A stretch of DNA of 64,000 nt from Bacteroidales bacterium. Its GTDB lineage: Bacteria; Bacteroidota; Bacteroidia; Bacteroidales; VadinHA17. Made by a program: the position numbers and the translations under genes. Each line of letters opens with the position of its first letter. Position 1 is the stretch's first letter. Below are positions 16,973 to 26,999 of this stretch, in pieces. The stretch covers positions 2,798 through 66,797 of the forward strand of contig JARGFQ010000017.1 in assembly GCA_029210565.1 (NCBI GenBank), given 5' to 3'. The notes beneath the pieces are model-generated. The model saw only the letters and a program-made list of their open reading frames with translations, was not told the DNA's origin and did no database searches.

Positions 16973-18325
16973 ATGATTTTATACAGAAAGTTGTATGCTC
17001 ATCTTCTTGAATGGAAGAACAACAGGAACCGGAAACCTTTGATTATCAGAGGTGCCAGGCAAGTGGGCAAGTCCACACTGGTAAATGACTTTGCCAGGGA
17101 GTTCAGGTTTTTTATCTCCGTGAACCTGGAGAAAAGAGAGGACAGGCAGGTTTTTGATACCCTGCACGAAACAAGGGACATAATAAATGCATTGTTTCTT
17201 CGGGCCGGAGTACCCCTCACTGATCAGCCGACCCTGATCTTTTTGGATGAAATACAGGAGTCGCCGGAGGCAGTCAGCCGGTTAAGGTACTTCCATGAAG
17301 AATACCCGGAGCTGTACTTTATTGCAGCCGGTTCTCTCCTGGAATTTGCACTGAAAAGAATTCCTTCATTCCCTGTTGGCAGGGTTGAACAGGTGGTTTT
17401 GCATCCATTTGATTTCGATGAGTTCTTACTGGCCATGAATCGTAAAGATATTCTGGATGAGCTTGATAATGTCCCTTTTAACAACTATGCTCATGATTCT
17501 GTCCTAAAACTGTTTCATGATTATGCTATTATAGGAGGTATGCCTGAGGTAATCAAACAATATTCGAAGGAAAGGAATTTTATTAATCTCGGATCCATTT
17601 ACTCCAATTTATGGCAGAGTTATCGGGACGATATCGAGAAATACGGTTTTAATGAAACAGAGCGTAAGATACTGAGACACATAATTGATACGGCTCCATA
17701 CGAGAGTAATCGGATAACTATGGCCGGCTTCGGAAACTCACAATATCGTTCCAGGGAGATTGGCGAAGCGCTGCGGGCGCTGGATCTGGCCCGAATCATT
17801 CAACTCATCTATCCCACGACAAATCTTGAACCACCCGTAATCACTGATCTGAAAAGAAAACCACGTTTACAGTTTCTTGATACCGGTCTCTTAAATCATG
17901 CACTTGGAATTCAGTCGGAGTTACTGGGATTGATGGATCTCAACAGTATCTACAAGGGAAGGCTTATACAACATCTTGCTGCACAACAGTTTCAGGCGCA
18001 GACTACTTCACCTCTTTACAAAACAGTGTTCTGGGTCAGGGAGAAGGCCAACAGCAATGCGGAAGTAGACCTGGTGTACCAGTCTGGAAAATACATCATT
18101 CCAGTTGAGGTAAAATCAGGTGCAAAGGGGAGCCTCAGATCACTGCATCAGTTTGTGGAGAGATCTGAAAATAAGATCGCGATCCGGTTACTTGCCAACC
18201 GGTTCTCACTGGAGAAGACCAAGACGCCGTCCGGGACACCTTACCTTTTAATGAATATGCCATATTTTACCTCCACAAGAATCCAGAAGTATGCAGAATG
18301 GCTTATAAAACAAAGTGAAAGGTAA
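16973..18325 (+). CDS. AAA+ ATPase with C-terminal DUF4143 / PD-(D/E)xK-like domain
   Basis: Walker A IIRGARQVGKST and Walker B LIFLDEIQ. The C-terminal AEVDLVYQSGKYIIPVEVKSG has the D...E-x-K nuclease-fold pattern. Confidence 0.85.
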   Translation: MILYRKLYAHLLEWKNNRNRKPLIIRGARQVGKSTLVNDFAREFRFFISVNLEKREDRQVFDTLHETRDIINALFLRAGVPLTDQPTLIFLDEIQESPEAVSRLRYFHEEYPELYFIAAGSLLEFALKRIPSFPVGRVEQVVLHPFDFDEFLLAMNRKDILDELDNVPFNNYAHDSVLKLFHDYAIIGGMPEVIKQYSKERNFINLGSIYSNLWQSYRDDIEKYGFNETERKILRHIIDTAPYESNRITMAGFGNSQYRSREIGEALRALDLARIIQLIYPTTNLEPPVITDLKRKPRLQFLDTGLLNHALGIQSELLGLMDLNSIYKGRLIQHLAAQQFQAQTTSPLYKTVFWVREKANSNAEVDLVYQSGKYIIPVEVKSGAKGSLRSLHQFVERSENKIAIRLLANRFSLEKTKTPSGTPYLLMNMPYFTSTRIQKYAEWLIKQSER

Positions 18326-18351
18326 CTTATTCGCCTCCTGCAAGGCAGTAT

Positions 18352-18834
18352 ATGTCTGCCCGGGTTCTTGCCGGATCCGGGCCAGCAGAGTCAATCACAG
18401 TGCCCGGCACCCTGGAGGGGGTAGACGTGCTCAGGGCTGAGAACCATTACTTCATAGGCATTTCTGAAAGAACAAATGCAGAGGGAGCCAGCCAGCTTTC
18501 GACAATCCTCTCAAAACACGGTTTTACATCATCTGTGATCCGGGTGGAGGCAGGGCTGCATCTGAAATCTGACATCGGCTACCTTGGCAACGGAAATTTT
18601 ATTTCCACCCCGGTGTTTTCACCTGTGGCTCACCCGGCAAATACTATCGTTTTGGACCAGGATGAGTACTATGCGGCCAATTGCCTGCGAGTAAATGATT
18701 TTCTCCTGATTCCAAAAGGATTCCCGAAATCGAAGATGAAGATCAAAGAACTCGGTTACAACATAATCGAACTCGAGATGTCGGAGTTCCGAAAGATGGA
18801 CGGCGGCCTTACCTGCTTATCGCTCCTGTTCTGA
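18352..18834 (+). pseudogene. ddaH: Dimethylarginine dimethylaminohydrolase-family gene lacking its 5' third
   Basis: PGTLEGVDVL...YFIGISERTNAEGASQL...GLHLKS...YYAANCLRVN...FRKMDGGLTCLSLLF aligns by eye to about the last 150 residues of ~255-aa bacterial DDAH, including the catalytic Cys. The frame opens only 33 nt upstream, directly after the ATPase gene. Confidence 0.8.
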
Positions 18835-19695
18835 CGAATCCTCTGGCAACTTAGTCTGATCTTCCCGCGAAAGAGTAACATCAGACATGGCATCAAAGCT
18901 CTTTATCCTCTTCATGAAGTAGTAAAAGAGGTAAGGCACGTGCATCACAAAGTTTATAAGTCCCCAGTAATAGACCGCCTTATCGCTGGCGAAGGCCGAT
19001 GAATCCATGATGGGTGTAAAGATGTCATAGGTGGCACGGATCAGGATATGCACTGCGAGGGTGTAAGCCCGCGCCTGCACGTACAGCTCCGGGCGGCGCT
19101 TGATGAGCGGGTATATCTCGGCTGCCAGCAGGATACAGAGGGAGCTCGCGGCATAACCCGGATTCTCGGCATAGACAAAGGCGATATTCCATGTGGTGTA
19201 GAGGAAGTTCCAGAGCGGATCTGTGTAAGCCAGCATGTCAAATGGCTTCCCTTTTGAGAAGGCCCAGCCGTCGCGCCTGCCTTTCGACTTGAACAGGGGG
19301 ATGGTGACAATGAGGATGAAGCCTGAGATGGCGTTGAAGTAATTGCCCAATGCAAGGTCTTTTAGGGAAGCCTCCAGGATATTCAGTCCCAGGACCGCAT
19401 AAAGAGCCCACAGGACCCAGTTCTTCCGGAAAAATTGCCAGAACCGGGCACGCACATCGGCATGGGCCAGTCGCCCTAATCCCAGAATCAATGCGGTAGG
19501 AATGAGAACGGAGAATGTCTTCACCCAGCGGAACCAGCCATCAAGCTATTCAAACCATAACGGGAAAGTAAAGAGAGCCAGGATCCAGAAAATAGCCGAA
19601 CCCTTTACATACTTGCGAATGAGTTCTACCAGGATCAGCAGGATGCCTATGTAAACAGGCATGGAGACGAGGTACTGCCAGAGTGGGATATCCAT
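18817..19695 (-). pseudogene. Multi-pass membrane protein gene interrupted by one in-frame TAG
   Basis: From the ATG at 19693-19695 the frame reads MDIPLWQY...FTFPLWFE, then TAG (19546-19548), then LDGWFRWVKTFSVLIPT... continuing to 18817. It is a single frame of 293 codons. Confidence 0.7.
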
Positions 19696-20036
19696 AACAA
19701 ATAAGTTTGCAGTAAAAATATGGTCATTTATTTGATAAGAAAATACACTTTAATCATGTTTATGAATAATTAAAATGCTTTTTCCCATGTGTCCGGCTCC
19801 TAAGTTCAGAGCCAGGGCAGGCCCCCCCGGCAAGGTTCTGTCCTTCGCCGCTCCACCATTGTGAGCCATTGTCTGAATTGGTCATTATCACCATGCCATT
19901 GCCGTTTTGAAATGCCCCGTTGCAAATAAATGTTGCCCTTCGTCAAACCCTTCAAACATCCCTTGCACCACATAGCAGTGTTACCGGTTCCAGGAAGGAA
20001 TTAACGCTCATGATTTGTAATTGAAAGGACTTTTAA

Positions 20037-20044
20037 TAGATTTG
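20037..20044 (+). promoter_or_regulatory. Bacteroidota-type -7 box TAGATTTG
   Basis: Matches TAnnTTTG and lies 28 nt upstream of the ATG at 20072. Confidence 0.35.
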
Positions 20045-20071
20045 CCTGAAAGCATATCATTCTGAATAGGT

Positions 20072-20950
20072 ATGAATAAGAGAATAATTTGGTTCTGCCC
20101 GGTGCTTCCGGCGATTCTGCTGATACTTAATTCATGTTCAAAGCCACTGGAATGGCCGCCGTCGCCCCTGTATGTTTTCGGGCAGGGAGAGGCTGACACC
20201 ACGCAGCCGGCCGACCTTGAGGGTGCGAGGGATAAGATTGTGGGTCACTATGCACACTATGATGTGGTAGCATATGAAGACACCACCACGAGGACGACCA
20301 TGCGGACATTTATCATTTCGTACGGGTTTACCGATTTTTACATGGAGGATGGCAGGCTGATGCAGTCGGACCGTTTTGTGCATGCCGAACAAAAGCTGAG
20401 CCGGAAGAATACCCGGTCAGTATTCAGCGACGAAGCCGTACAGGCTATCAAACCCAGGGTGCAGGAGGTGGAGTTATCGCTGAAAGAGGGGGTATGGCAT
20501 ATATTCAGGCCTGAGAGCCCGAGCCTCCTGGGTATTGAAGGAGATCCGACAAAACCCCTTTCGACCGACCCCAATGACCCTGCCCTGACTGATCCTGACA
20601 ATGACGGTCATCCCGGAGTCACCGTTCGGATCAGCGTGGGGAAATTCTTCAGCGGTGAGATCTATATAACGCGAAGGGAGATTTTTAGAAACTACCTGAC
20701 ATTGAACAATGACGGGACCCTTAGCGGATATATTATCGACCTGTCGGAGCAATTCGTTGTGGGAGCATCAAAAAAAATACTGGCCCAGGAGTCGAACACA
20801 CTCCAGTATCATGACACAGGACTCAGCCCGGTCTTGCTGGTAAAGGTCGATCCGGAAATTGATACCTGGGAGGAGCTGTTGCAGATAAGGGATGAGATCT
20901 TCCCGGCAGAACCGGAATTCCTGCATAGGAATAAAGAGAAACAGAAGTAA
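20072..20950 (+). CDS. Hypothetical lipoprotein
   Basis: Lipobox-type signal ...AILLILNSCSKP. No recognisable catalytic motif. Confidence 0.55.
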   Translation: MNKRIIWFCPVLPAILLILNSCSKPLEWPPSPLYVFGQGEADTTQPADLEGARDKIVGHYAHYDVVAYEDTTTRTTMRTFIISYGFTDFYMEDGRLMQSDRFVHAEQKLSRKNTRSVFSDEAVQAIKPRVQEVELSLKEGVWHIFRPESPSLLGIEGDPTKPLSTDPNDPALTDPDNDGHPGVTVRISVGKFFSGEIYITRREIFRNYLTLNNDGTLSGYIIDLSEQFVVGASKKILAQESNTLQYHDTGLSPVLLVKVDPEIDTWEELLQIRDEIFPAEPEFLHRNKEKQK

Positions 20951-21506
20951 GCGCCATCAGGCCGGCACTGACCCTGTGGCCTCAGAACAACACGCAGGCG
21001 GATGCCTTCAACAGCTTCCCCCTGGCTGATCTGGTTTGCAGTATGTACCCTGGCGTGAAGTGACGCTTGCAGAGGTTTGCTATGCAATTTCTCTAATTTT
21101 TCTCAACAGAGGAGTCCCGATGGCCTGTGAAAGGATTTTTCGAATGATTCTTCTTTATTGTCTCTATCCGTCCCCGGTATTGTTAAGTAAGGGTTATAAC
21201 AACGTTCCCTGTTTATTATCCTGCCTCAATTAATCCGGCAAATTCGTTACCGGGAATTCCAATCGCAAGGAAAATTGTATGATTACTGATTGCCCTGATC
21301 TTTAAGTCTACATCATATTACGACTTAAAAACCGATGCGTAAAATATTTCGAGGGTACTTTACCCGTCATTTATCCTGTGACTGTGGATAAATAGCTGTT
21401 GGGCTGCGGGATTGAAAATTTTATCCCCGTAAATTCTAAACAATAATTGCCGAAAGAACTTCTTTTCTCAGTTTATCCGGCATTGTCATATGCCAGTTTC
21501 AGCCGG

Positions 21507-22196
21507 TTAATTCTTAACACAGCGTACTGAAAAACCATTCCTTGCGTCCCAGTTGTTCCTGCTCACATTGCCATTGGAATAGTACACATACCGGTACCAG
21601 GCATAATAGGTATTATACACTGTTGATGTCCACCAGAAGGCGGTTTCCCCTTTATCGCTGAAAGTACCGTCGATGTGACGGCTGCCACCGGCAAGGGCTG
21701 TGAAGCCACACTCGTTTGTGCCGTCAGCATTGGGGTCGATCCAATGTGTTGTTCCTGCCTCTTTAAGTTTGCCTCCGGCAATAATCTCCCCTCCAAGATA
21801 ATCTGTTAAGGTTGTCCATTCGGTATCGGTTGGTACATGCCAGCCGGGAGGGCACAGATTGCTTTGCTTAGCTGTAAACCAATTGTACAGAGCCCCGTAT
21901 GGTGTCTTGTTTGTTATTTCATTGTCATACCAGGTATAACCTGAAGAGCTGTTATTTTCCCATGATTCAATACCGGTCACCAGCGGAATGGCAGTACCAT
22001 CATTGAACCTGGTAGTCATCAGGTTTTCAACCATCCATACCTGTGTGCCAATAGTTACGGTATGATATATATTCCCGTCTATGTCGGCTACTAAAGTGGA
22101 ATCGTTATTGTCATCCTTTTTACAGCCTGTTGCCAATATCAGGAATGAAATACAAATGACTGACAATTCTATTCCAATGTTCAGTCTTTTATTCAT
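21507..22196 (-). CDS. FISUMP-domain (Fibrobacter succinogenes major paralogous domain, TIGR02145) lipoprotein
   Basis: DGNIYHTVTIGTQVWMVENL...YGALYNW...CPPGWHVPTDTEWTTL...GGKLKE...GFTALAGG...FSVRCVKN. Confidence 0.85.
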   Translation of the reverse strand: MNKRLNIGIELSVICISFLILATGCKKDDNNDSTLVADIDGNIYHTVTIGTQVWMVENLMTTRFNDGTAIPLVTGIESWENNSSSGYTWYDNEITNKTPYGALYNWFTAKQSNLCPPGWHVPTDTEWTTLTDYLGGEIIAGGKLKEAGTTHWIDPNADGTNECGFTALAGGSRHIDGTFSDKGETAFWWTSTVYNTYYAWYRYVYYSNGNVSRNNWDARNGFSVRCVKN

Positions 22197-22397
22197 AAGC
22201 TTAAGGAATTGAAAGTGAATTAATAGTACAAGTATGGTTGCAGATTCTTTTGTGTTTTCTCAGATGATTCTCCAAGTTACTCAATATCGACAACAAAACT
22301 AAGGAAGATGCTTAGAAACAACTTCCTGAAATATTTTTTAATTGTCAGCATGCCGGTTGGCCGGTTTTCCGTACTGATGCTCTCAGATCTGTATAAA

Positions 22398-22979
22398 TCA
22401 ATGGAATATCCTGGTGCCAAAGAGATACTTTCCCGTCCACCAGGGGTCATCAAGGGAGGTGATGGTCACACCCAGGCTGGTGGAGGTATGGATGAACTTT
22501 TTTTCGCCCAGATAGATGCTGGAATGAGTGATGAACCGGCTTGTGTTGTAAGTCTTGATAAAGAAGACAAGGTCGCCATTCTTCAGGTTCTTTCGCTCTG
22601 CAATTATCTTTCCGTACCTGGCCTGCTCCTCGGAGTTGTGTGGCAGTTGCATACCGTGGCTGGCAAAGACCACGGCCAGCAGCCCGGAGCAGTCGATGCA
22701 CTTCATGGTTTTGCCGCCCATGCAGTGGGGTACACCAAGATATTTACGTGCCGTATTGATGACCTCATCCGCGGTGGTACTGCCGGTGTTAAGTGGCTTT
22801 TCAACGCCTGCGTCCATGAATTCATTCAGCTTCTTCCTCTCAGCCGGGCTTTCGATACTGGCAGGAGAGGTCTCGGGCCAGACCCGTTTAGAGCACGAGG
22901 TTATCATCAGCTGACATGCTGCCAGCAACAGTATTGATAAGGTTCTGCCGGGGGTTAGGGATATCATGCCAGGAGTCAT
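22398..22979 (-). CDS. C40 (NlpC/P60) family cell-wall peptidase
   Basis: IDCSGLLAVVF (catalytic Cys) followed by GDLVFF...ITHSSIYLGEKKFIHTS (His), with a signal peptide. Confidence 0.85.
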   Translation of the reverse strand: MTPGMISLTPGRTLSILLLAACQLMITSCSKRVWPETSPASIESPAERKKLNEFMDAGVEKPLNTGSTTADEVINTARKYLGVPHCMGGKTMKCIDCSGLLAVVFASHGMQLPHNSEEQARYGKIIAERKNLKNGDLVFFIKTYNTSRFITHSSIYLGEKKFIHTSTSLGVTITSLDDPWWTGKYLFGTRIFH

Positions 22980-23042
22980 CTTTTTAATGACGGAAGAATG
23001 GGCTGATTATTGTCCCCCGGGAAATTACCTGCTCCGAAGGCA

Positions 23043-23981
23043 CTATGGAATACTGATCACCACTTTGCCTGCAGAGTGCCCCTGTTCAATGTAGCGCATG
23101 GCTTCTGCTGCCTGTTCAGGGGTATAGCGCCGGTCAATAACAGGCTTAATTATACCCTTTTGTGCATGGCTGGCCAGGAACTCCAGGTCAGTTTTGTTTG
23201 TCTTCGCAGCCAGAGAGGTCATTTTCTTTGAGCCACTGGACAATATCCAACCCAGCGCGAGTGATTTGAAAATCTGCGACAGGGAACCGCCAAACATTAC
23301 ATAAGTTCCTCCCGGAGCCAGGGTTTTCCGATATTCCAGTAATGGATAATTACCGTTAATCCCTAAGATAATCTTATACCGCTCCTTCATTTCTGTGAAG
23401 TCATCTACTTTGTAGTCAATTACATGGTATGCACCAATGGATATCGATTGCTGAACATTTTTTAAACTGCATACTCCTGTTACATGTGCTTCAAAATACC
23501 TGGCCAGTTGTATGGCAAAGGTCCCAACTCCGCCAGAGCAGCCGACAATAAGTACCTTATCTCCTTTTTGAATCCGGGCTTTATTACGCAAAGCCTGAAG
23601 AGCAGTCATTGAGGCCATGGGCAACGCAGCTCCCTCCTCAAATGAGACCATGTCAGGTTTTATTACCAGTGCTTTTTCAAGAGCAGTGACATATTCGGCC
23701 AGACCTCCAAAGCCATAATTGCTAAGATCCCCTATAACTTCATCACCTGGTTTAAAGGATGAGATGTTGATACCAACGGATTCAATTCTCCCCGCAATAT
23801 CCGCACCGAAAATTTTCCTTTTGGGAATCAGTCCCATATTCAGAGAACGATAATCTGCGGCGTTCAGGGATACTGCATGGACTTTTATCAATACCTCGTT
23901 GTCATTCGGAACAGGTTGGTCGGTGTCACAAAAGACAAGTTTTTCAGGGTTGTTTTTTTTATTATAAACGACTGCTTTCAT
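23043..23981 (-). CDS. Zinc-type/quinone oxidoreductase (MDR superfamily, NAD(P)-dependent)
   Basis: 312 aa with VLIVGCSGGVGTFAIQLA nucleotide-binding motif and C-terminal GHSAGKVVI. Confidence 0.85.
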   Translation of the reverse strand: MKAVVYNKKNNPEKLVFCDTDQPVPNDNEVLIKVHAVSLNAADYRSLNMGLIPKRKIFGADIAGRIESVGINISSFKPGDEVIGDLSNYGFGGLAEYVTALEKALVIKPDMVSFEEGAALPMASMTALQALRNKARIQKGDKVLIVGCSGGVGTFAIQLARYFEAHVTGVCSLKNVQQSISIGAYHVIDYKVDDFTEMKERYKIILGINGNYPLLEYRKTLAPGGTYVMFGGSLSQIFKSLALGWILSSGSKKMTSLAAKTNKTDLEFLASHAQKGIIKPVIDRRYTPEQAAEAMRYIEQGHSAGKVVISIP

Positions 23982-24080
23982 TTTTCAGACGGGGATTATT
24001 AATATTTTCTAATCAGTAATCTTATGTAACGCCGGTAGCATACTGACTTGCTGCCCATTGAACCCGGCCCTGACATTGTG

Positions 24081-24490
24081 TCAAGGAGTGTTAACGATTA
24101 TCTTGCCTCGTGGCTTGCCATTCACGGCGAGGTCAAAGGCGTCTGCAGCATGCTCTAAAGAAAAGGTGTTTTCAATAAACGGCTTTAGTTTGCCGGCAGC
24201 ATACAACTCCTCCATCTCCTGCCAGTCCTCCGGGCGTCTCCGCATGTTCGCCGAAGTAAGCCGTTTGCCATGGATCAGCCTGGTAATAAGTATTGAAAGA
24301 TAGGGGGGAGGGATAAACAGCGTCGAGGCATACGTTCCTCCGGGTTTCAGCAGGTGACGCGCAAGCCGGAGGTCCATCTTACCGTAGGCATCAAGTATAG
24401 CATCGAATTTCGTGGTGAGGCCGGCAAGCTCTTCCCTGCCATATCCCATGACCTTGTCAGCACCGAATCCTTTAGCAAGCTCCCTGTTTG
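24081..24490 (-). pseudogene. 5'-truncated second MDR oxidoreductase paralog
   Basis: Only the C-terminal ~135 codons remain (ANRELAKGFGADKVMGYGREE...GKPRGKIIVNTP). The frame ends at the gpx promoter/operator region. Confidence 0.65.
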
Positions 24491-24492
24491 CC

Positions 24493-24510
24493 TATATCGC
24501 TTGCGATATA
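24493..24510. promoter_or_regulatory. Palindromic operator candidate TATATCGC-tt-GCGATATA
   Basis: Perfect 8-bp arms, lying 11 nt upstream of the -7 box of the peroxidase gene. A related site lies at 25162-25175. Confidence 0.5.
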
Positions 24511-24521
24511 AAAATATTGAT

Positions 24522-24529
24522 TATATTTG
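24522..24529 (+). promoter_or_regulatory. Bacteroidota-type -7 box TATATTTG
   Basis: Matches TAnnTTTG upstream of the glutathione peroxidase gene. Confidence 0.4.
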
Positions 24530-24626
24530 CATCGCGTACGATAGAATCGTGACAGATATAAATGAAAAGCGAAGCTGAGTGCACGTGAAAATATTAACGG
24601 AAGAAACTAACGAAAAACAGGATATC

Positions 24627-25115
24627 ATGGAAAAGAATTTTTACCAGTTCAAGGCGAAGAGTCTCCAGGGGAAGGAGACAGAAATGGAAGAGTACAGGGG
24701 CAAGGCTGTGGTTGTCGTAAACACTGCCAGCAAATGCGGCTTGACACCGCAGTATGAAGGCCTGCAGAAACTGTATGAGGAGTATGAGGACAAAGGTCTG
24801 GTCATCCTGGGATTTCCGAGCAACCAGTTTGCCAACCAGGAGCCGGGCGATGAGAAATCAATAGCGGAAGGATGCCTGGTGAATTACGGTGTCACCTTCC
24901 CGATGTTCTCCAAGGTTGACGTCAACGGAGAGACTGCTCACCCGCTCTTTAAATACCTGACAAACGAACTGAGGGGCACTTTTAGCAGGAAGGTGAAATG
25001 GAATTTCACCAAATTCCTGGTTGACAAGAACGGCAAACCGGTGAAGAGGTTTTCACCGACGACAAAGCCTGAACAGCTTAAGGGAAGTATTGAAAAGGTG
25101 CTGAAGGTTCAGTAA
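24627..25115 (+). CDS. Glutathione peroxidase (Cys type)
   Basis: VVNTASKCGLTPQYEGL...LGFPSNQFANQEPG...WNFTKFLVD are textbook GPx motifs. Start taken at MEKNFYQF. Confidence 0.9.
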   Translation: MEKNFYQFKAKSLQGKETEMEEYRGKAVVVVNTASKCGLTPQYEGLQKLYEEYEDKGLVILGFPSNQFANQEPGDEKSIAEGCLVNYGVTFPMFSKVDVNGETAHPLFKYLTNELRGTFSRKVKWNFTKFLVDKNGKPVKRFSPTTKPEQLKGSIEKVLKVQ

Positions 25116-25161
25116 GGATGACGGGCTACCGGATCAGTTCCGGGGTGGTCCCGATAAATAA

Positions 25162-25175
25162 ATATCGCAGGCGAT
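25162..25175. promoter_or_regulatory. Palindromic operator candidate ATATCGC-ag-GCGAT
   Basis: Same ATCGC-nn-GCGAT core as 24493-24510. Lies 14 nt upstream of the -7 box of the MarR gene. Confidence 0.45.
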
Positions 25176-25189
25176 TGAATCACATTTCG

Positions 25190-25197
25190 TAGATTTG
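25190..25197 (+). promoter_or_regulatory. Bacteroidota-type -7 box TAGATTTG
   Basis: Matches TAnnTTTG and lies 31 nt upstream of the ATG at 25229. Confidence 0.4.
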
Positions 25198-25228
25198 TGA
25201 GACGGTTGCCCTGATTAAAACATGCAAG

Positions 25229-25669
25229 ATGGCTTACGAACAACTCAAGCTTGAAAATCAGTTATGTTTCCCGGTCTATGCGGCATCACGGCTGATAACC
25301 CGTGAGTACCAGCCTTTTCTCGATAAGCTGGGGATAACATATCCGCAGTACCTGGTTCTGATGATACTGTGGGAGGAGGATGGCATGCCGGTGAATGATA
25401 TAGCGAAGAAGCTGATACTCAACACCAACACCATCACTCCGTTACTAAAGAGGATGGAGCAGCTGGGGATCATCAGGCGCAGACGCTCGGGGAAGGATGA
25501 GAGGAAGGTAATTGTTCATCTGACCAAAAAAGGAAAGCAACTGCAGGAGGAGGCATCCTTGATACCCGAACAGCTTACCGATCGGCTGGCAGAAGGAGAC
25601 CTGAAGGTTGAAGACCTCATCAGGCTGAAGGAGACCCTGGAGTCGATGATCAGATCCCTGTCGAAATAG
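25229..25669 (+). CDS. MarR family regulator, OhrR-like (organic-peroxide sensing type)
   Basis: 146 aa with N-terminal LENQLCFPVYAASR (conserved sensing Cys context of OhrR) and a winged-HTH core ITYPQYLVLMILWE... Confidence 0.8.
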   Translation: MAYEQLKLENQLCFPVYAASRLITREYQPFLDKLGITYPQYLVLMILWEEDGMPVNDIAKKLILNTNTITPLLKRMEQLGIIRRRRSGKDERKVIVHLTKKGKQLQEEASLIPEQLTDRLAEGDLKVEDLIRLKETLESMIRSLSK

Positions 25670-25814
25670 AGCAGCCGGTTAAGTTTTACGGTTCTGCGAA
25701 ACTGAAGTCACATATCCGTTTATACCAGGTAGGTTATGCATGTCCGGTAACTTTGATGATCCTCGTTATCAGAATTCCGGAAGCGGAGCCAGGAGCAAAG
25801 CCAATAAAAGATTG

Positions 25815-26804
25815 TCACGCTGGCTGAATGCTTAGTGCAAGCCTTTCGGCAAGGTCCTCGATATCATCCTTCCTGGCGATCTGTCTGATCCACTCTTCCG
25901 GGATGCCGTCATAGCCGTAGAGCAGTCCTGCCAGCCCGCCTGTGACGGCAGCGGTGGTGTCGGTGTCCCTGCCCAGGTTGACCGCACGGAGGACGGCCTC
26001 GCGGTAGCTGCCGGTTGTGAGCAGGCACCATACGGCGGCCTCGAGGGTATGAATCACATAACCGCTGCTATGGATTTCCTCCTTCGGCTGGCGGTAGATG
26101 TCATGCTTCAGCAGGCGGTCAAACACCACTATCTCGGAGGGATCGATCAGCAGCGCCGACAGATGGCCGGCAATCACGGTCTGCATGTTGCTGTAGATCT
26201 TATATTTATCTTTTCCTTCGAGGATCTGCCTGGCAAACTCGAGGTAGTAAAAGCAGGATATAACGGAGCGGATGTGCCCGTGTGTAATCGATGATACCTG
26301 CCTGGTTATCTCGAACCGTTCGGTTACCGGTCTGTCTGACATGTAAAAGAGCAGTGGCAGGATTCTCATTAGCGAGCCGTTGCCGTTTGAAGCCTCGTCG
26401 TCGCTGCCGGCCTTATCAGCCTGCATGCCCCTGGCAAGCCGCTCAATGGCTGTCCTGGTAGTGTTTCCGACATCGAATACCTCACTGTGTGCAGTCCAGA
26501 AGGCCTCGCGGTGCCACCTGACGAAATTCTGCCCTATCGTATTGACATCAAATCCCTGTGTCAGTGCCTCGGCGAGGCAGAAGGTGAGGGAACTGTCGTC
26601 CGACCAGGTGCCGGGGGGGAGGTCGTAGGTGCCGAAGCCCGTCATGCCGGTCACAGGGTCGCGACTGATATCATCCCTGCTCTCAAACTCGACAGGGACG
26701 CCCAGCGCATCGCCAACGGTCACTCCGAAAAGTGCAGATTTTACTGCATATGCATAGTCATTTCCATGGCCGGCATATTCCGGTCTTTGCGATCCTCCGT
26801 TCAT
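25815..26804 (-). CDS. ADP-ribosylglycohydrolase family protein
   Basis: GVTVGDALGVPVEF, NGNGSLMRILPL and GRDTDTTAAVTGGLAG motifs. Confidence 0.85.
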   Translation of the reverse strand: MNGGSQRPEYAGHGNDYAYAVKSALFGVTVGDALGVPVEFESRDDISRDPVTGMTGFGTYDLPPGTWSDDSSLTFCLAEALTQGFDVNTIGQNFVRWHREAFWTAHSEVFDVGNTTRTAIERLARGMQADKAGSDDEASNGNGSLMRILPLLFYMSDRPVTERFEITRQVSSITHGHIRSVISCFYYLEFARQILEGKDKYKIYSNMQTVIAGHLSALLIDPSEIVVFDRLLKHDIYRQPKEEIHSSGYVIHTLEAAVWCLLTTGSYREAVLRAVNLGRDTDTTAAVTGGLAGLLYGYDGIPEEWIRQIARKDDIEDLAERLALSIQPA

Positions 26805-26999
26805 CCAATCCTTTTATTCGTTCCCCCCTTAAAGGGTGCCTCGTGAGTTAATTAACGATTCAGGAAGGGGAATAGTATAAAAGGAGCCGGGCGAAAGAAA
26901 GGATTAATCCGGGCAGAAGTGGAATCACCGAACCGGATTATCTCTATTCCCGTCCGGGAAGGGCACAAAATAGTATCTTTATGCCATTGAAACAGTTAC

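Noticed and set aside
20951-21506. 556-bp gene-free region as a possible ncRNA or hidden gene
   Set aside because: I found no convincing stem-loops, repeats or conserved RNA motifs by eye. The only ORF, 65 aa at 21036-21233, is Cys/Leu-rich noise.
21507-22196. Diversity-generating retroelement targeting the FISUMP (C-type-lectin-like) proteins here and at 34209-34865
   Set aside because: There is no reverse transcriptase gene in the window, and I could see no template/variable repeat pair with adenine-specific differences.
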